Source of the DNA: Eledone cirrhosa
Lineage: Eukaryota
Length of the DNA stretch: 64,000 nt
Assembly (NCBI GenBank): GCA_964016885.1
Contig: OZ024742.1
Coordinates: 17,794,001 to 17,858,000, forward strand
Direction: 5' to 3'
A program made the translations under genes and the position numbers. Shown here piece after piece: positions 1 through 13,606 of the stretch; the stretch's first letter is position 1; each line of letters opens with the position of its first letter. Below the pieces are notes generated by a model, which saw nothing but the letters and a program-made list of their open reading frames with translations, ran no database searches and had not been told where the DNA came from.

Positions 1-39
1 GCACACGATCGTAGTCGACAAACTTCTTCCACTTAACTT

Positions 40-962
40 GATGTAAAACTTCAATTATAACATTATTAACAGTAATTGTATTATTATTTATTATATGTAT
101 ATAAATCACTAATATCGTCTTAAGTTTTAAACAGAATACTCTTTATGTATTTAGACAAATGTGTATATCTAGTTTAATAACATCCTTCTAGATACATTTA
201 TAAGTGCCTTAGATACTTAAGGACATTCTAGTGTTATAATTGTTAAATATTTTCTAAATTATATAATGATTATTTTTTAATATAAAATGTGTTTTAATAT
301 AATTAGATTTGGGTTACCTTCGGGTTGATGAAAATCTTAAGTCTTTTCTTTCTCATGTTTGCAGACACTTTAAATATGATATTATACTATAATATAGATC
401 ATTAAAAATGTTCATGTATTTTTAAATTATATAGCTTAGATATTTGACACTTATAGGATCGCAAACCATTTATTTATTTATTTTGAATCTGTGTCTTATC
501 TTTTATGATTCATGAAGTTTGATTTGTATATTTATAGTATATATGTATTACATGATCCTAATATAATAATTGACGTAAAACCTTAATTTTAACAATATTA
601 ACAGTAACTTATTTATTATATTATATTATATATAACTGACTAATATCGTCTTAAACTTTAAACAATATACGCTTTGTATACATTTAGACAAATGCGTATA
701 TCTAGTTTAATAATATCCTTTTTAAGTATAATTATAAGGCCTTTGGATACTTTAGGGCATTCTAATTGTTAATTTAAAATTTTTAAAGTTATAATTGTAA
801 TTACTTTCTAAATTATATAATGATTATTTTTTAATATAAAATCTCTTTAATATAAATTCTTTTAATATAGTTTAATATGGATCACTTTCGGGATGAAGAA
901 AATATTAAGTCTCTTCTCTCTCATGTTTGCAAATACTTTAAATATGATATTATACTATTATA
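40..962. repeat. Diverged AT-rich direct duplication (about 40-395 and 572-962)
   Basis: Shared blocks such as ACTAATATCGTCTTAA, TTTAGACAAATG(T/C)GTATATCTAGTTTAATAA and TCTCATGTTTGCA..ACTTTAAATATGATATTATACTAT recur roughly 530-570 bp apart. Confidence 0.7.
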
Positions 963-1692
963 AATACTTATACATTTTTATAGCCCGAAATATTATACCT
1001 TTAGATTAATTCACTATTTTGAACTAACATAAATGATTCGAAATTTAACGGTCATCCGGATACGTTTGGATATATATAATTAATTAATAGTCTATTTCTA
1101 ATTAACTTAAGGACTAGAAATTAAACTCTCATATAACTACACCCAGATAGATTTGATATTTTGATTGATTGATTATTTCTAGATAATTCAACGATTCGAA
1201 ATTATTCATTCACAAAGCTATGCCCAAATGTATATTTATTTATTTATATATATATATATATTTTTGCATCATCTAATTATACGTTATTTATCCACGACAA
1301 TACAAACCTCCCTCCCTATGCTTTATACTATAACAATTATTCTTCCTTGTCTCTTTATCCTTAATCAATTCTCTTTTGCTTTCGTGCATAAGATATTTCT
1401 ATACTTCTAGTCACTCTCTTTTTCCTCATCTGTTTCTCTCTCTGTCTTTCTTCTTTCTTCAATAATTTAAATTATTTGAATCTCTAACAGTTATGTAAGT
1501 TTATATTATATTAGTAGTTGTTTATTATTATGTATTTTTATAAGCTTTCTCACACGCACCCTCTGTATTATATGTAATCTTTTCATGTCTCAATCTTAAG
1601 GTATATAAATATTGAGTTTTGTCATATCTTATTCACTGCCATGACTGAATCTTAACCATATACTTAGTCAAGGTATGTCAAGCATCGTCTTA

Positions 1693-1755
1693 TTTTATCT
1701 GATGAGGACGTACTGTTGAAGATAGCTCAGTACCTCTGAAATATGTATAATAAAA
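1693..1755 (+). ncRNA. Type I hammerhead ribozyme (family A)
   Basis: Stem I TTTTAT/ATAAAA; core CTGATGA 1699-1705; stem II GGACGTACTG/CAGTACCTCT (one mismatch); GAAA 1738-1741; stem III ATATGTAT; predicted cleavage after A1749. Confidence 0.7.
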
Positions 1756-3170
1756 CATACTTGATCACACGAATGTCTATTTTTGTTAATATTTTGAATT
1801 AATATATATATATAAATATATATATATAAATATATATATATTATATATATATAGAAGTGGTTAGACAACAGTTAGTTCACCATACCGAGAACAATTGTTT
1901 CACCTTACGGATCCTCAACTCGTAATGGGCATGGTTATACGGAATGATTCTCGCATGTGCTTTCATAACCTGCAAGAGTCTGCCGACAGAAGAACAAAAA
2001 TCCGTTGAGAAAGCGATGCCTTGTTCGGTCTCTATACCAAAAGCTTATTTTTATAAGCAGACAGTATTATTGATTTAGGCGTTGCAGAAACCCACTTTCG
2101 GAGCATTCCATCTTCCAAGAAGGGTCCGGGTAAATATTTCAATCATATCTCATTTTGTTTGACCCGTTTTAGCTTGTTCGCTTCTTTGGCTATGGTGGTT
2201 AATGGCTTCTTAACCATCGTCTCAGCGTGTATGACCTTTTTAACTTATGTTTATAGCTCTGGTATCTTCTTCAGTTCCATCGAGCGCTTGTCAGCACAAT
2301 ATGGAAGTTGCGTTTCGCTAATTTCTACCCGCCGAAATGCGATTCTCGCTAAATTATATTTGTATATATATATATATATATTTATTTATTTATATATATT
2401 CCTTTACCCGACAAACACTGCTATAAAATATCTCTTCTCATCTTCTTTTCTTAGATCTAATCCATATCAACAACCTAAAACGTTATTTTATGACAAATGT
2501 GTTAGCTTAGGTAGTACTAGAGACATAATAACGACACTCAGGAGATGAATATATTAATAAAATAAATAAAAATTCGGTCTGAACTATGCTTTATATATGC
2601 AAATCGATTCCCCCAATTTACTTAAGGTGTATTAGTAATGTCTCCGTTGGTGGTTAAAGCGCTTACTGAGTCGCTTATGTAATCCAAAAACAGAATTGAA
2701 ACAAGATCAACTGATGTCTCTTTTTCTGTCTACGAATATATTGTGTATTTAAAGATAAATTACTTACACCTATCTATTATATAGAGTGTTGGCTAAAATC
2801 TACAACTATATATTCTGTAGTACAGTGTAATTATGAAACACAACATTTAATGAACCAAATTATTTGTTGTACAAGTAAGTACCAAGAACGCTTTACGGTT
2901 GGATAATATTCATGAGCTTGACTGGTCACGCTTGGGGATCTGCCGGATCAGTTGGGGACTTTTGCTTCTGACAGGACCCGCTGGAAGATGTGTTTGAGGA
3001 CTCTGCCCGCCGCCACCCTCTCAAGAAGAAGAAGAAGAAGAAGTTTTATAAGGTCGCTCTTTGGGCAGTTAAAGAGTGTACTCCAGTTGTTTTATTCTGT
3101 CAGCGAACATATATACAGTGACAAGACGTTTATATTTCTGTAGCATTCCTTTGGCTAAAATCTACTGTTG

Positions 3171-3214
<44 letters not shown>

Positions 3215-3215
<1 letters not shown>

Positions 3216-3412
3216 TACAGATGCGAGAAAAGCCACAAACCCTCTATCTCAATTCTACTTTTGAAAAGCATAAGAACTGTGAAACCGGTGAAGGAAACAA
3301 ATAAATATTCTTAAAAAGACTCCAGTTGCATTTTCGAGTTCTTTTCATTATACTTTCACTCGTGTAGGGCATCTCGTTTTTCTTTTATCATTTTTAAAAA
3401 ACCTCATTTTCT
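3215..3412 (+). mobile_element. Diverged 3' fragment of the family-C non-autonomous element, with a degenerate U3-A8 HHR at 3257-3294
   Basis: Aligns with the reverse complement of 50897-51110. Retains TTGAAAA...GAAACCGGT, but the cleavage triplet is GTG. Lies between (CA)n and (TA)n tracts. Confidence 0.65.
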
Positions 3413-3485
3413 TATATATATATATATATATAACAGTAGATTTTTAGCGAAAGGAATGTAACAGAAAGGTATAGACGCCTAGTCA

Positions 3486-3555
<70 letters not shown>

Positions 3556-4372
3556 GGGATAACAAATCATTGTTATAGGTAGTCCACTTGGATGTAGTCC
3601 AGTTAGGGTACTCCGAGTAGTGGATAATATCAACGCTTGGCTAAGTTTGACTCAACTAGGCGTTTCCATAGTGATGCTGCGTGTACGCGGTGATTTTATA
3701 TGTTGCTTACACTTGGAGTAATGATAAATCAAGAAAGAAGAGTGACATGCATGTTATTGATGATGTGAAAGCTAAACAACCCCATGATTCGAACTAACAA
3801 TCCCTTCATCTAATACATACCACTTAAATATTGAATCCGCTTTACACCACATAAAAATTACCATCCTCACTACAATGAAAATATTTTATCTGTCAGATAA
3901 TAAATAATTCTTACGGTCAGCAAACCTACGGTAAAGGAAATGGTACATTGTTTAAAGCCCCGGCTTATCTCTACACTATATATAATACACCTCATGAGAG
4001 CTTTTACATGTCAATTTCATACACCTGCCTCATATCAGCTCGTTTGACATGCTAAAGTCATAAGTATACTCTATGTCTTACTTAGATTGATGTTGTGATT
4101 ATTTCAACTAATTTATTGCTAGCATTGTTAGTACTGTTATTATTGTTCTGATTTAATGCCACTACTATATATAGAAGCCATGCCTGTGTATTCCCTTCAT
4201 TCTCGCAAGCTCTGATGGATTGACTGGTTACAACTATGTATTGGTGATCGATTGACGCAGAAACAGGCGGGTAGCGATCTCTAGACCTACCAGTTCAGAG
4301 AAACAATTGTCAGTAATGTAATTAAAGCCCTTATTGTATAGCAAACCGTGTCACTCTTCTTTCTTGATTTAC

Positions 4373-4403
<31 letters not shown>

Positions 4404-4767
4404 CTTATGAGATTGTATATTCCTTTGAAATTCTACGGTAGAATTTATATATGCGGATGACAGATTATACTTCTTAATTACTTTGAATTTCCCATTAAAT
4501 TCAGATTCTGAATGGATGACTGAATCAACTTGTATAATACTAATCTCATCTGATGACGAATAGATTATTAAATATAACTTGTGCTTATCCCGTTGACAAT
4601 GAAACAATTCTGTAATCCATATAGTTTGTCATTCGTATAACGATTAAAGATTCCCACTAGATTTTGAAGCGAAGTACATACACCATGCATGTCTACATGG
4701 TTATTGGCTGTTTTTTATACATATAAATAAATAAGTAAATAAGTGTTGATATTCTCTCTCTTTCATT

Positions 4768-5077
4768 CACTGCCTCCGTCTCTCTAACTCTTCCCATCTC
4801 TCACTATTATACGTAAATGGGGGACTACGTGCTGGACACCCCACAGCATTGAAGGACAGAATAGAGAAGGCGTTTCGCGAGGCTCAAACCTGTGGGTAGC
4901 CAACTCTGTGCCTATGATGGTGGTGAGTAGGGAGGTGGCTCTAGCGCCGAGGACACTAGACGTCTCCACTGCAACGGGCTCGACCACAAACCTGTCGGAG
5001 AACGACCGATATTTGCAGAGTTTACCCTCCTCGACCAGAAGTGCAGCAGAGCCTGGATTAGTCGCACACTGCACCAT
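4768..5077 (-). pseudogene. Remnant of the C-terminal restriction-like endonuclease region of a CRE-type non-LTR retrotransposon
   Basis: Translation PGSAALLVEEGKLCKYRSFSDRFVVEPVAVETSSVLG...EPRE, plus (R)NAFSILS in an adjacent frame, fits the AG.AA..AE..K..KY...F.PVAVET.G...QRGNA motif series of CRE-like elements. Confidence 0.6.
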
Positions 5078-5084
5078 ATAATAA

Positions 5085-5164
<80 letters not shown>

Positions 5165-5419
5165 GTATATCAACACGTTAATTTTCCGAAATAGCTTCAC
5201 GCTTCAATGCATAGAATAACTTCACATAATAGACCAACAGGAAGACATACACGACACACAGACACACGACACACGACACACGACACACGACACACAGATA
5301 TACACACATGCCCACACACTGCTCTTCTTTCTTACTTGCCACCAGTTGCTAACTTCTTCATGGATCAGACATATTTTTCCGTCGGTTACGACGACGAATG
5401 TTCCAGTAGGTATGATCAA

Positions 5420-5693
5420 CGGAACAACCTGCTCGTGAACTTAACCTTCAAGTGGCTGAGCATTCCACGGACACGCGTACCCTTAACGTAGTCCTCAGGG
5501 GGATTCAGCGTGACACATAATATGACAAGGCTGGCCCTTCCAATTACAGATACAACCCGTTTTTGCCAGCTGAGTGGACTGGAGCAGCGTGAAATAAAGT
5601 GTCTTGCTCAAGGAGACAACGCGACGCCCGGAATCGAACTAACGACCTTACGATTGTGAGCTAAATACCCTAACCACAAACAATGCGCCTTCA
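5420..5693 (-). mobile_element. tRNA-derived SINE (family B)
   Basis: Minus strand starts GTGAAGGCGCA..GTGGTTAGGG (A-box-like), has GTTCGATTCC (B box), then TCCTTGAGCAAGACACTTTATTTCAC. Related copy at 24374-24652 and a decayed one near 8790-8850. Confidence 0.75.
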
Positions 5694-6064
5694 CATACAT
5701 ACATACATACATATATATAGAGAGAGAGAGAGGGGGGAGTACACATAGAGATATGTGTTCAATGATAAGGGACCAAGAACCACCCACCGATGAGCTACAA
5801 CTACAATATGGATTCTTCACTTATTATAGCGAAACATGCTCTTATTTGAGCATGTTCAGGTGTTATTGATATAATCGAATGGTTAGTACACTTTAATATA
5901 TTCTTTTTATTGATTTATATTCACCATTCCCCCCGTAGGTAATATGTTTGTCAATCTGGTGGTTTTTGATCTCCTATGATTGAACATATATATCTATGTA
6001 TACTTCCATCTATTTGTTGTTTTTAAAGACCCCGTAATCTATTGTTTGAGGTCATTATATTATA

Positions 6065-6245
6065 GGGGATTGTCAGTATCGGTAGAGAGTCGGAAACCAT
6101 GCTTTGACGTATAGAGTTACGGCCCCTGCCATTCTGTATTCAAATCCCGCCGAGGTTAACTTTAATCTTACGGGGTCGATAAAATAAAGTACCAGTAATA
6201 TACTGCGTAATTGCTGGCCTTGTGCCAAAAGTAGAAACAATTATA
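6065..6245 (+). mobile_element. tRNA-derived SINE (family A)
   Basis: A-box-like head, TTCAAATCCC B box, ACGGGGTCGATAAAATAAAGTACCAGT body and GCCAAAAGTAGAAACAATTAT tail, shared with several other copies in the window. Confidence 0.75.
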
Positions 6246-6283
6246 TCATAGGGATTAATGTGAGTTTTTAACTCTGTTTTTTT

Positions 6284-6344
<61 letters not shown>

Positions 6345-6346
6345 TA

Positions 6347-7563
6347 CTAGATGGCCCGTCCGGCTGGCGCTCGGGTATACCGGCATTTTTCTTTTCAGTA
6401 TGTTAAAGAAAATTGATAGTTACAACAATAAAGGCTGAACAGAGAACACATTTTTTAACAAACAATAATTTGTACAACCTTAATGGAAATTCCAAGTAAC
6501 AGAAAGTATTTAAATTACATTGTTAGAGCCTAAGAGTATACAATATTTTTTGTTCGGCCCTCCGGAGCAAAGATGAAGAGATTGTTTGGCGAGCTCACTC
6601 AAGATCATCCTACATACATTTGATCATGGGAGTAGCTCGTGTCACGGGGAAGCTCTGTAGACGTTGACCTCTGGACACTCCTGTCATGAGCAGGTAAGCT
6701 GTAGTGACTTAGAGGCCTACCACCAACTCCAGGACACTGTTTTCAAGACAAATGAGCGCCCATTGGAAACGACATCGTATGTTACGTTCGGATTACGTCT
6801 GCGTGTGCGGTGGAGGATGCCCTCAGCTAGACTTTCGCAGTGGTTGTTCCACATTGCGAGAGGGTCGGCGAGATCGCAGTTGTGCAGCATAATAGCAAAA
6901 GGTTTTCGCAGCTGAGAAGGAATTTTAGCAGTTGCTGCTTCTTGCATGAGTTCCACACATCTGGAAAGCCAAACGATAAGTGGAACATTGATGGCCATTG
7001 ATGGTTCTCAGATCTTGGAAAGACTGTGGTCCTCTAACCTCGAATAGTAACAATGACGATAAGCCGTCTCTGCTTTCGTGAAATAAATAGGTTTTTGTTT
7101 TTGTGTATACAAAAATATCTGTACACGATATATATATTAGAATAACATTAAAGTTTAAGCAAAAAATCGCTGCTTTCACCCTTAACTAAAAAAATCAGTC
7201 TGTGAACGCAGAAGGAAATATTTCGAAAAAGTGATCAAATGCAGAAAGCCAGACATACAGAGACATATTATAAGGACGCTACGTTATAGCTATGTATCTA
7301 TCTAAAAAGACAGACTAAGAAAAAGAGGGGAATGTTGTGCGACATCATAAGAAAAAGTGAGGAATGACGTATAACCGGAAGTGTTGACATTTGAAATTTT
7401 AAAGAAGTGAATATTTAAATAATGTCTTTAATCTTTTAACAAAATTCAGTCGACAAAAATACCCTCACATTTTACTTTTATATCTATGGTGCAAATTTGG
7501 TGCTGTTTGATCCAGCCGTTTGGCGGAAAGTTTGTTACCTACATACGGCCGTCAGCTTTTTAG

Positions 7564-7575
<12 letters not shown>
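6347..7575 (-). mobile_element. Internally deleted Helitron
   Basis: Minus-strand 3' end is a CCCG...CGGG hairpin followed by CTAG|T (CTAG at 6347-6350). Decayed RepHel peptides: VRGPQSFQDLRTING, EAATAKIPSQLRKPFAIMLHNCDLADPLAMW and the helicase C-terminus SHDQMYVG*S*V...TKNIVY. The 5' end is approximate. Confidence 0.8.
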
Positions 7576-7634
<59 letters not shown>

Positions 7635-7637
<3 letters not shown>

Positions 7638-7772
7638 CAAAGAGAGTATGGAAAGATACCAGGTGGACCATAACGCACAACAGTACTCGATACTTGGAGT
7701 AGTAGAATGGGTAATATGAATCTAGCTGTCGAAACGGCCGGAGCTCAGCCGTCGGGGTCCTGATTCTTTTCA
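7635..7772. mobile_element. Short TA-inserted element, family E (rearranged copy)
   Basis: Contains GTCGAAACGGCCGGAGCTCAGCCGTCGGGGTCC joined to an inverted copy of the family 3' part (TTACCCATTCTACTAC...GTGCGTTATGGTCCACC). Confidence 0.65.
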
Positions 7773-8394
7773 TATATATATATATATAGTCAGATGGAAG
7801 AATAACTGAAGTGGATCAATGTCATGTCATTTTGTCTAATTATATCGATTTACGCAATATATTTTCAATGAATTAGAATTTACTTAACACTTTTAGGGAA
7901 ATATTTCATTACTATTACACCTTATCAGTGTGGCTTAGTCTTCTCAAGTCTCTTAGATCTGTGGACAACCAATAATTTTACAAATAGAAAACGAGTGTTG
8001 ACTAATTTTGATCAGAGTAATTTACATAATTATAAAAATGAACCACATAAAATAAGCAAAGTGGTCTTATGGCATAAATTTAGATATTTCAAGTAGATGA
8101 TCATGATTTTAATGAAATTAAATCTTTTTCTGTTATGAATTATTTCAATTTTTCAAAGATTGCCGCTAGAACGTTGATTTATTCCTCCAGTTAAATGGTA
8201 AATTTCAATTCATTGGGAATAGTTGGCAAACGTTATCAAATAAATCTCCTCCTACTTGAATTAAATTCATGCCATTGACACAGGAAATGGTATTTTTTTG
8301 TAATTATGCGAATTGCTTTCACTAAATATGTTCACAACTCTTTTCCTGAATATAAGATATCTCTGTACAGAGATCGTGCACGATGCTTTGCTAA

Positions 8395-8725
8395 TGAGGA
8401 CTAAAAATCAAGGCCAAATTTAGACCTTGGGGACCCGGGGCACTTCAGGCTTGGTGGAGCCCACTCATACGCAAAAAAATAGAATAGAAGCAAATTTCCC
8501 AATTTTACAGCTTGGCGCAAGTAATTGGAATTCCTGTGGATTTTAGTTTTTGATGGTTACATGTTTTTAATCTAATAACTGTATGTATAACTGTTCAATT
8601 CTAATTACTTTCACCAAACTAACTTTGATGTTTAAAATTGGGGGTTTGTTGTGTATTCTAATATTTAGTGTATGAGGGGCTCCCCAAGGTAAAAAATCTG
8701 ACCCTGATCCTTATTGTAGTTCTTA
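8395..8725. mobile_element. Possible decayed MITE
   Basis: Imperfect terminal inverted repeats AGGACTAAAAATCAAGGCCAAATTTAGACCTTGGGGA and TCCCCAAGGTAAAAAATCTGACCCTGATCC...TAGTTCTT. Confidence 0.4.
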
Positions 8726-8934
8726 CATAGATTCAATGTGATCTAGTGTGCAACAAAGCTATCTCTTTCAATGACAAGTACAATCCATTTTTACCAGTTG
8801 AGATAACTGGAGCAAAGTTAAATTAAGCGTCTTATTTAAGGACACAAAACACCTTAACCACAAGATCTGGAACTAGCTGTTGAAACGGTAAGAGCTCAGT
8901 CGTCGCGTCCCGACTCTCTATAATATATATATAT

Positions 8935-9108
8935 AGGAAAAATTCAGGACCCCGACGGCAGAGCTCAAGCCGTTTAGCCGCCGAAACGGCTTGAGCTCTG
9001 TCGTCGGGGTCCTGAACCTTTTTCTATTACCCACTCTACTACCCAAAGTATCGAGTACTCTGGTGCGTTATTGTCCACCTGGTTCCTTACCACACTTCCT
9101 TCGTTATA
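8935..9108 (+). mobile_element. Family E element with 5' inversion
   Basis: Inverted head (GGACCCCGACGGCAGAGCTCAAGCCGTTT) facing the forward copy; flanked by (TA)n; partial extra copy at 8872-8918. Confidence 0.7.
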
Positions 9109-9316
9109 ATATATATATATATATATATGTAGATAAATCTACCAAGAGTTTACGGTAGTGTCCAATCCGTATGAAGAACTCAATGTATTCCGGATATCAT
9201 GGAAAGAAGAGATGTAATGAAAAATCACTTTCGGTGAAAGATAAACGGTATACAGAGTCAAGATAAAATATTAAACAAATAATGAATAAACAATTCCTTA
9301 TATTAAACAAAAAAAG

Positions 9317-9470
9317 TTCATTATTTAACGATCGTTTCTAGGATATATATGTGTTAGAATTGGCATGCATATTCAACAGATCTATGTACAAAATTATACA
9401 AAATTATACAAACTATCAAGGTTAAATATACATACCAACACATATATACGCCGTCTTCAGAAATAATGAA
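9317..9470 (-). ncRNA. Type I hammerhead ribozyme in the 3' pseudo-LTR (family B, giant stem II)
   Basis: Stem I TTCATTATTT/AAATAATGAA; core CTGAAGA; 115-nt hairpin as stem II; GAAA; palindromic stem III ACGATCGT; cleavage triplet GTT. Confidence 0.75.
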
Positions 9471-10099
9471 GTATATTTATTGATAATAACAACAATTCAA
9501 AATTTCAGGTCCGTTTGGGAACAAAATTGACCAATGAAAACACAAAGGGTTAAATGCAGTTCGGTGTGTGTATATACATGTAAAACCCTTACACATATTT
9601 TACAAAAATGTATGTATAATTTGTATACGCATACTAAAAGGATGGATGCAAATACAAAATTTCAAGGTTAATGTCTCTGTAAGTTTATAATGCACAGATA
9701 AGATGCGTATTGACACACAAATATGAAAATATATTTTTTCATACTCACACATATCCGTACAATCACACATACACGCGCGTATATGCATAAATATACACAT
9801 AACCACGAACATACAAACACACACACACCCCCACTCACATTTATATATGTGGATATAAAATCATAAGCACATGGATATTAATTCACTCACATAAACACTG
9901 GCACACACATTTAGATCAAGATACAGAAATTAGGTGGGAGGGGGGGGGGAGGTCAGTATTCAACGGTCTGAGCAGACTGCCTAATATAGATGTATCTATA
10001 AACTAAGAAAATAAAAAATAATAAATAATAAATAAACATTAAAGAGGAAAGAATAGAAAGAAAAAAGAAAAAAGAAAAAAGAAAAAAGAAATATATCAA

Positions 10100-10103
10100 G
10101 AAA

Positions 10104-10138
<35 letters not shown>

Positions 10139-10355
10139 TACACATACATATATATATATATATATATACACACACATATACATATAATATACATATATAT
10201 ACACATAGACACACACACACACATACATATATATACACACATATACAAACACATACATACATATACACACATCCACACTAAAAACATACATACACACACA
10301 TATATAAACATATACATATACACACATACATACATATACACATATACATACAAAT

Positions 10356-10412
<57 letters not shown>

Positions 10413-10728
10413 TATGTATATACACGTACATATACACACACATATACATATAATCACACATACTATATAGACACACATATATATAACCACACACATACAT
10501 GCACATATACAACACTTACATACTAATATACATACAGATATACACATACATAGCTATATATACACACAAATATATACAGACTTACATATATACATACAGA
10601 CAAATACTTACGCATCTATATATCGGTATATACATACAAACACCACTACACTATCACACAACTTAGACATACAAAGAGAAAGGTATATACCTATACACAC
10701 ATACATATACAAATAGAAAAACATATAG

Positions 10729-10819
<91 letters not shown>

Positions 10820-11057
10820 CATACATATACACATACACACACATACACATACACACACATACATACATGTACACACACATAGAAATATATACGCATACAC
10901 ACATACACACATACATATAAAGTAATACACACACATACACCTACACGAACATACACATACACATATATAAAGATATATATACACACACACACACACACAA
11001 CACATACACACACACACATATATATAAAAAAAATAAATAATAAAGATATATACATAT

Positions 11058-11149
<92 letters not shown>

Positions 11150-11479
11150 ATACACACATACATAGACATACATGTACATACATACACGTACATCGATATA
11201 CATACATATATATATACACACATAGACATATACATACATACACACACAACTTACATACACACATATATATACATGTATATTCATACATAGAATTAGATAT
11301 ATAATCATACATATATAAGCACTTACTTATACTCATATATACAAATACATACGCATCCATATATGCGTATATACATAGAAACACCACTACAACCTCACCT
11401 AACTCAGACATACAAATAAAAATAAAAATAAAAAGGCATATGTATATACATATATACACGCATTAATAGAGATATATAT

Positions 11480-11549
<70 letters not shown>

Positions 11550-11784
11550 ACTCACATATATATATATAGATACCCACACACACATACCACCATAAATACA
11601 CATACAAACACCCACATATACATATATATACACACGTATATATATATATATATATATACACACACATAAAAAACAGACATGCACATATATATATATATTT
11701 TTTTACACTTATATATACACATATTATATACACATACACAACCTCACATATACACACATACACATAAGTTATATTATAATAATA

Positions 11785-11823
<39 letters not shown>

Positions 11824-11910
11824 CATATATATATATATATATATACATTTAAACATATACATACATATATACACACATACGAATATAGACATATATTCAC
11901 ACATAGACAC

Positions 11911-11947
<37 letters not shown>

Positions 11948-12470
11948 TACATATACACAGACACATATACACACTCACATATATATATGTGTGTGCACAC
12001 ACACATATATACACACATACACACATATACACATAAACACATATATGTGCATACATGCACACACACACACATATATCCACATAGATACGAAGATAGACAT
12101 ATAAATAGAGAGACATACACATATATATACACAACACACATACACACACATACATACACACACATATACATATACATATATATACACATATATATATTTT
12201 TATATATACATATATACACATATATATATATATACATATATATATATACATACACATACACATACACACATTCACATACACATACATATATAAATGCATA
12301 TATACACATATATATACATACATACACACACTCATATATACACACACAATCTTACATTCATATTTGCATGCGCATATATGTATTTTTATATTCAGATATA
12401 AATACCCAAACCTATATAGACACCTACCTACATATATATTCATACATACACGCTTACAAATACAGATGAT
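10100..12470. repeat. Degenerate (CA)n/(TA)n low-complexity tract inside the PLE 3' UTR
   Basis: About 2.4 kb of mixed CA/TA/CATA dinucleotide repeats; source of many spurious ORFs. Confidence 0.9.
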
Positions 12471-13606
12471 AATAGTATGGGGGAAAGGGGGGGTTTGGAG
12501 AAGGGGATCATAGTAAATATATGTTTCAAGAAACATAGAATGTTTTCCGTATCTTGATCCAATGTATGTTTTTACATAGTTTCAGTGTTAGGAAATACAA
12601 TAAACAAGAACTAAGGCAAAATCTATGCATCTCAAAATAAACAAGTATACCATTAATTATATGTTAACTAAACCAAAGATAGTTAACATATTGATTTCTA
12701 AGGTGTAAATTAGTTAGGTTTATAATATTTGAAGCAGAATTTTGAAGTTAAATAGTAGTAGAATATTAATTATAGTATAACTAAATTAAAGTTAATAACG
12801 TTATGGTATCAATATTAGGAAATGAGTTTAGTAATAGGGAAAAAACAAATAAAGTATTACATCAGTAGTAGAATATAAATTATAGGTTAACTAAATTAAA
12901 AATTATATATTTATTTCTATAGTATATGTTAATTAGGTATATAATACATAAAACAGATATTGTATTTTATCAATAGCAGAATATAATTATATGCAAATAG
13001 AAATCAAAATCAATACACATACATATACATATACATACACATACATATATACATATATATACACATATATATATATATACATATATACACATATACATAC
13101 ACACACACATACACATACACATATACATATACATATTTTTTCCCAAAAAAAAAAAAAAATTGCATAGAATATATTAACTAGGTATATATCCAAAACACAT
13201 CCCATTCTATGATTACATGACATTCTGCAATTCGTCTGTATAAGGATACTAATTTTAAGCAAATTAAATTAAATTTTTAGGTTGATTAAAATTAAAACCA
13301 AATTATAAATATATTTCTAAAATGTATATTAATTAGGTCTATAATAGTAAAAATTATTTCTCTGTCATTGGATACACGATATTATTTTGTTATATTTTAT
13401 CTGTAAAAAAATTATAATAAAAGGTTTAAATAAATTAAAATTAATCTATAAATTAAATTACTAAGTATATATTAGTAATATTTAAAGGTTTTTCACAATT
13501 TATGATTACATAATATTTTATATTCTCATCTGTAATAAAATTTTAATTAAATTAAATTTATAGGTTAACTAACATTTAAATTAAATTAATTTCTAAAATA
13601 ATGTTA

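Noticed and set aside
1855-2350. Coding-like stretch (also 7950-8330 and 56290-56780)
   Set aside because: Interrupted frames and no motif I can identify with confidence; probably old TE debris and needs tblastx.
4200-4285. Hammerhead-like CTGATGG...GAAACAGGCGGGTA
   Set aside because: Stems I-III cannot be paired convincingly; at best a decayed relic.
4545-4570. CTGATGA motif at about 4550
   Set aside because: No properly positioned GAAA or stem III follows.
9953-12536. Long YI/CV/HT-rich ORFs (also at 17.6-19.8 kb and 59-61 kb)
   Set aside because: They are translations of dinucleotide repeats that lack stop codons by composition.
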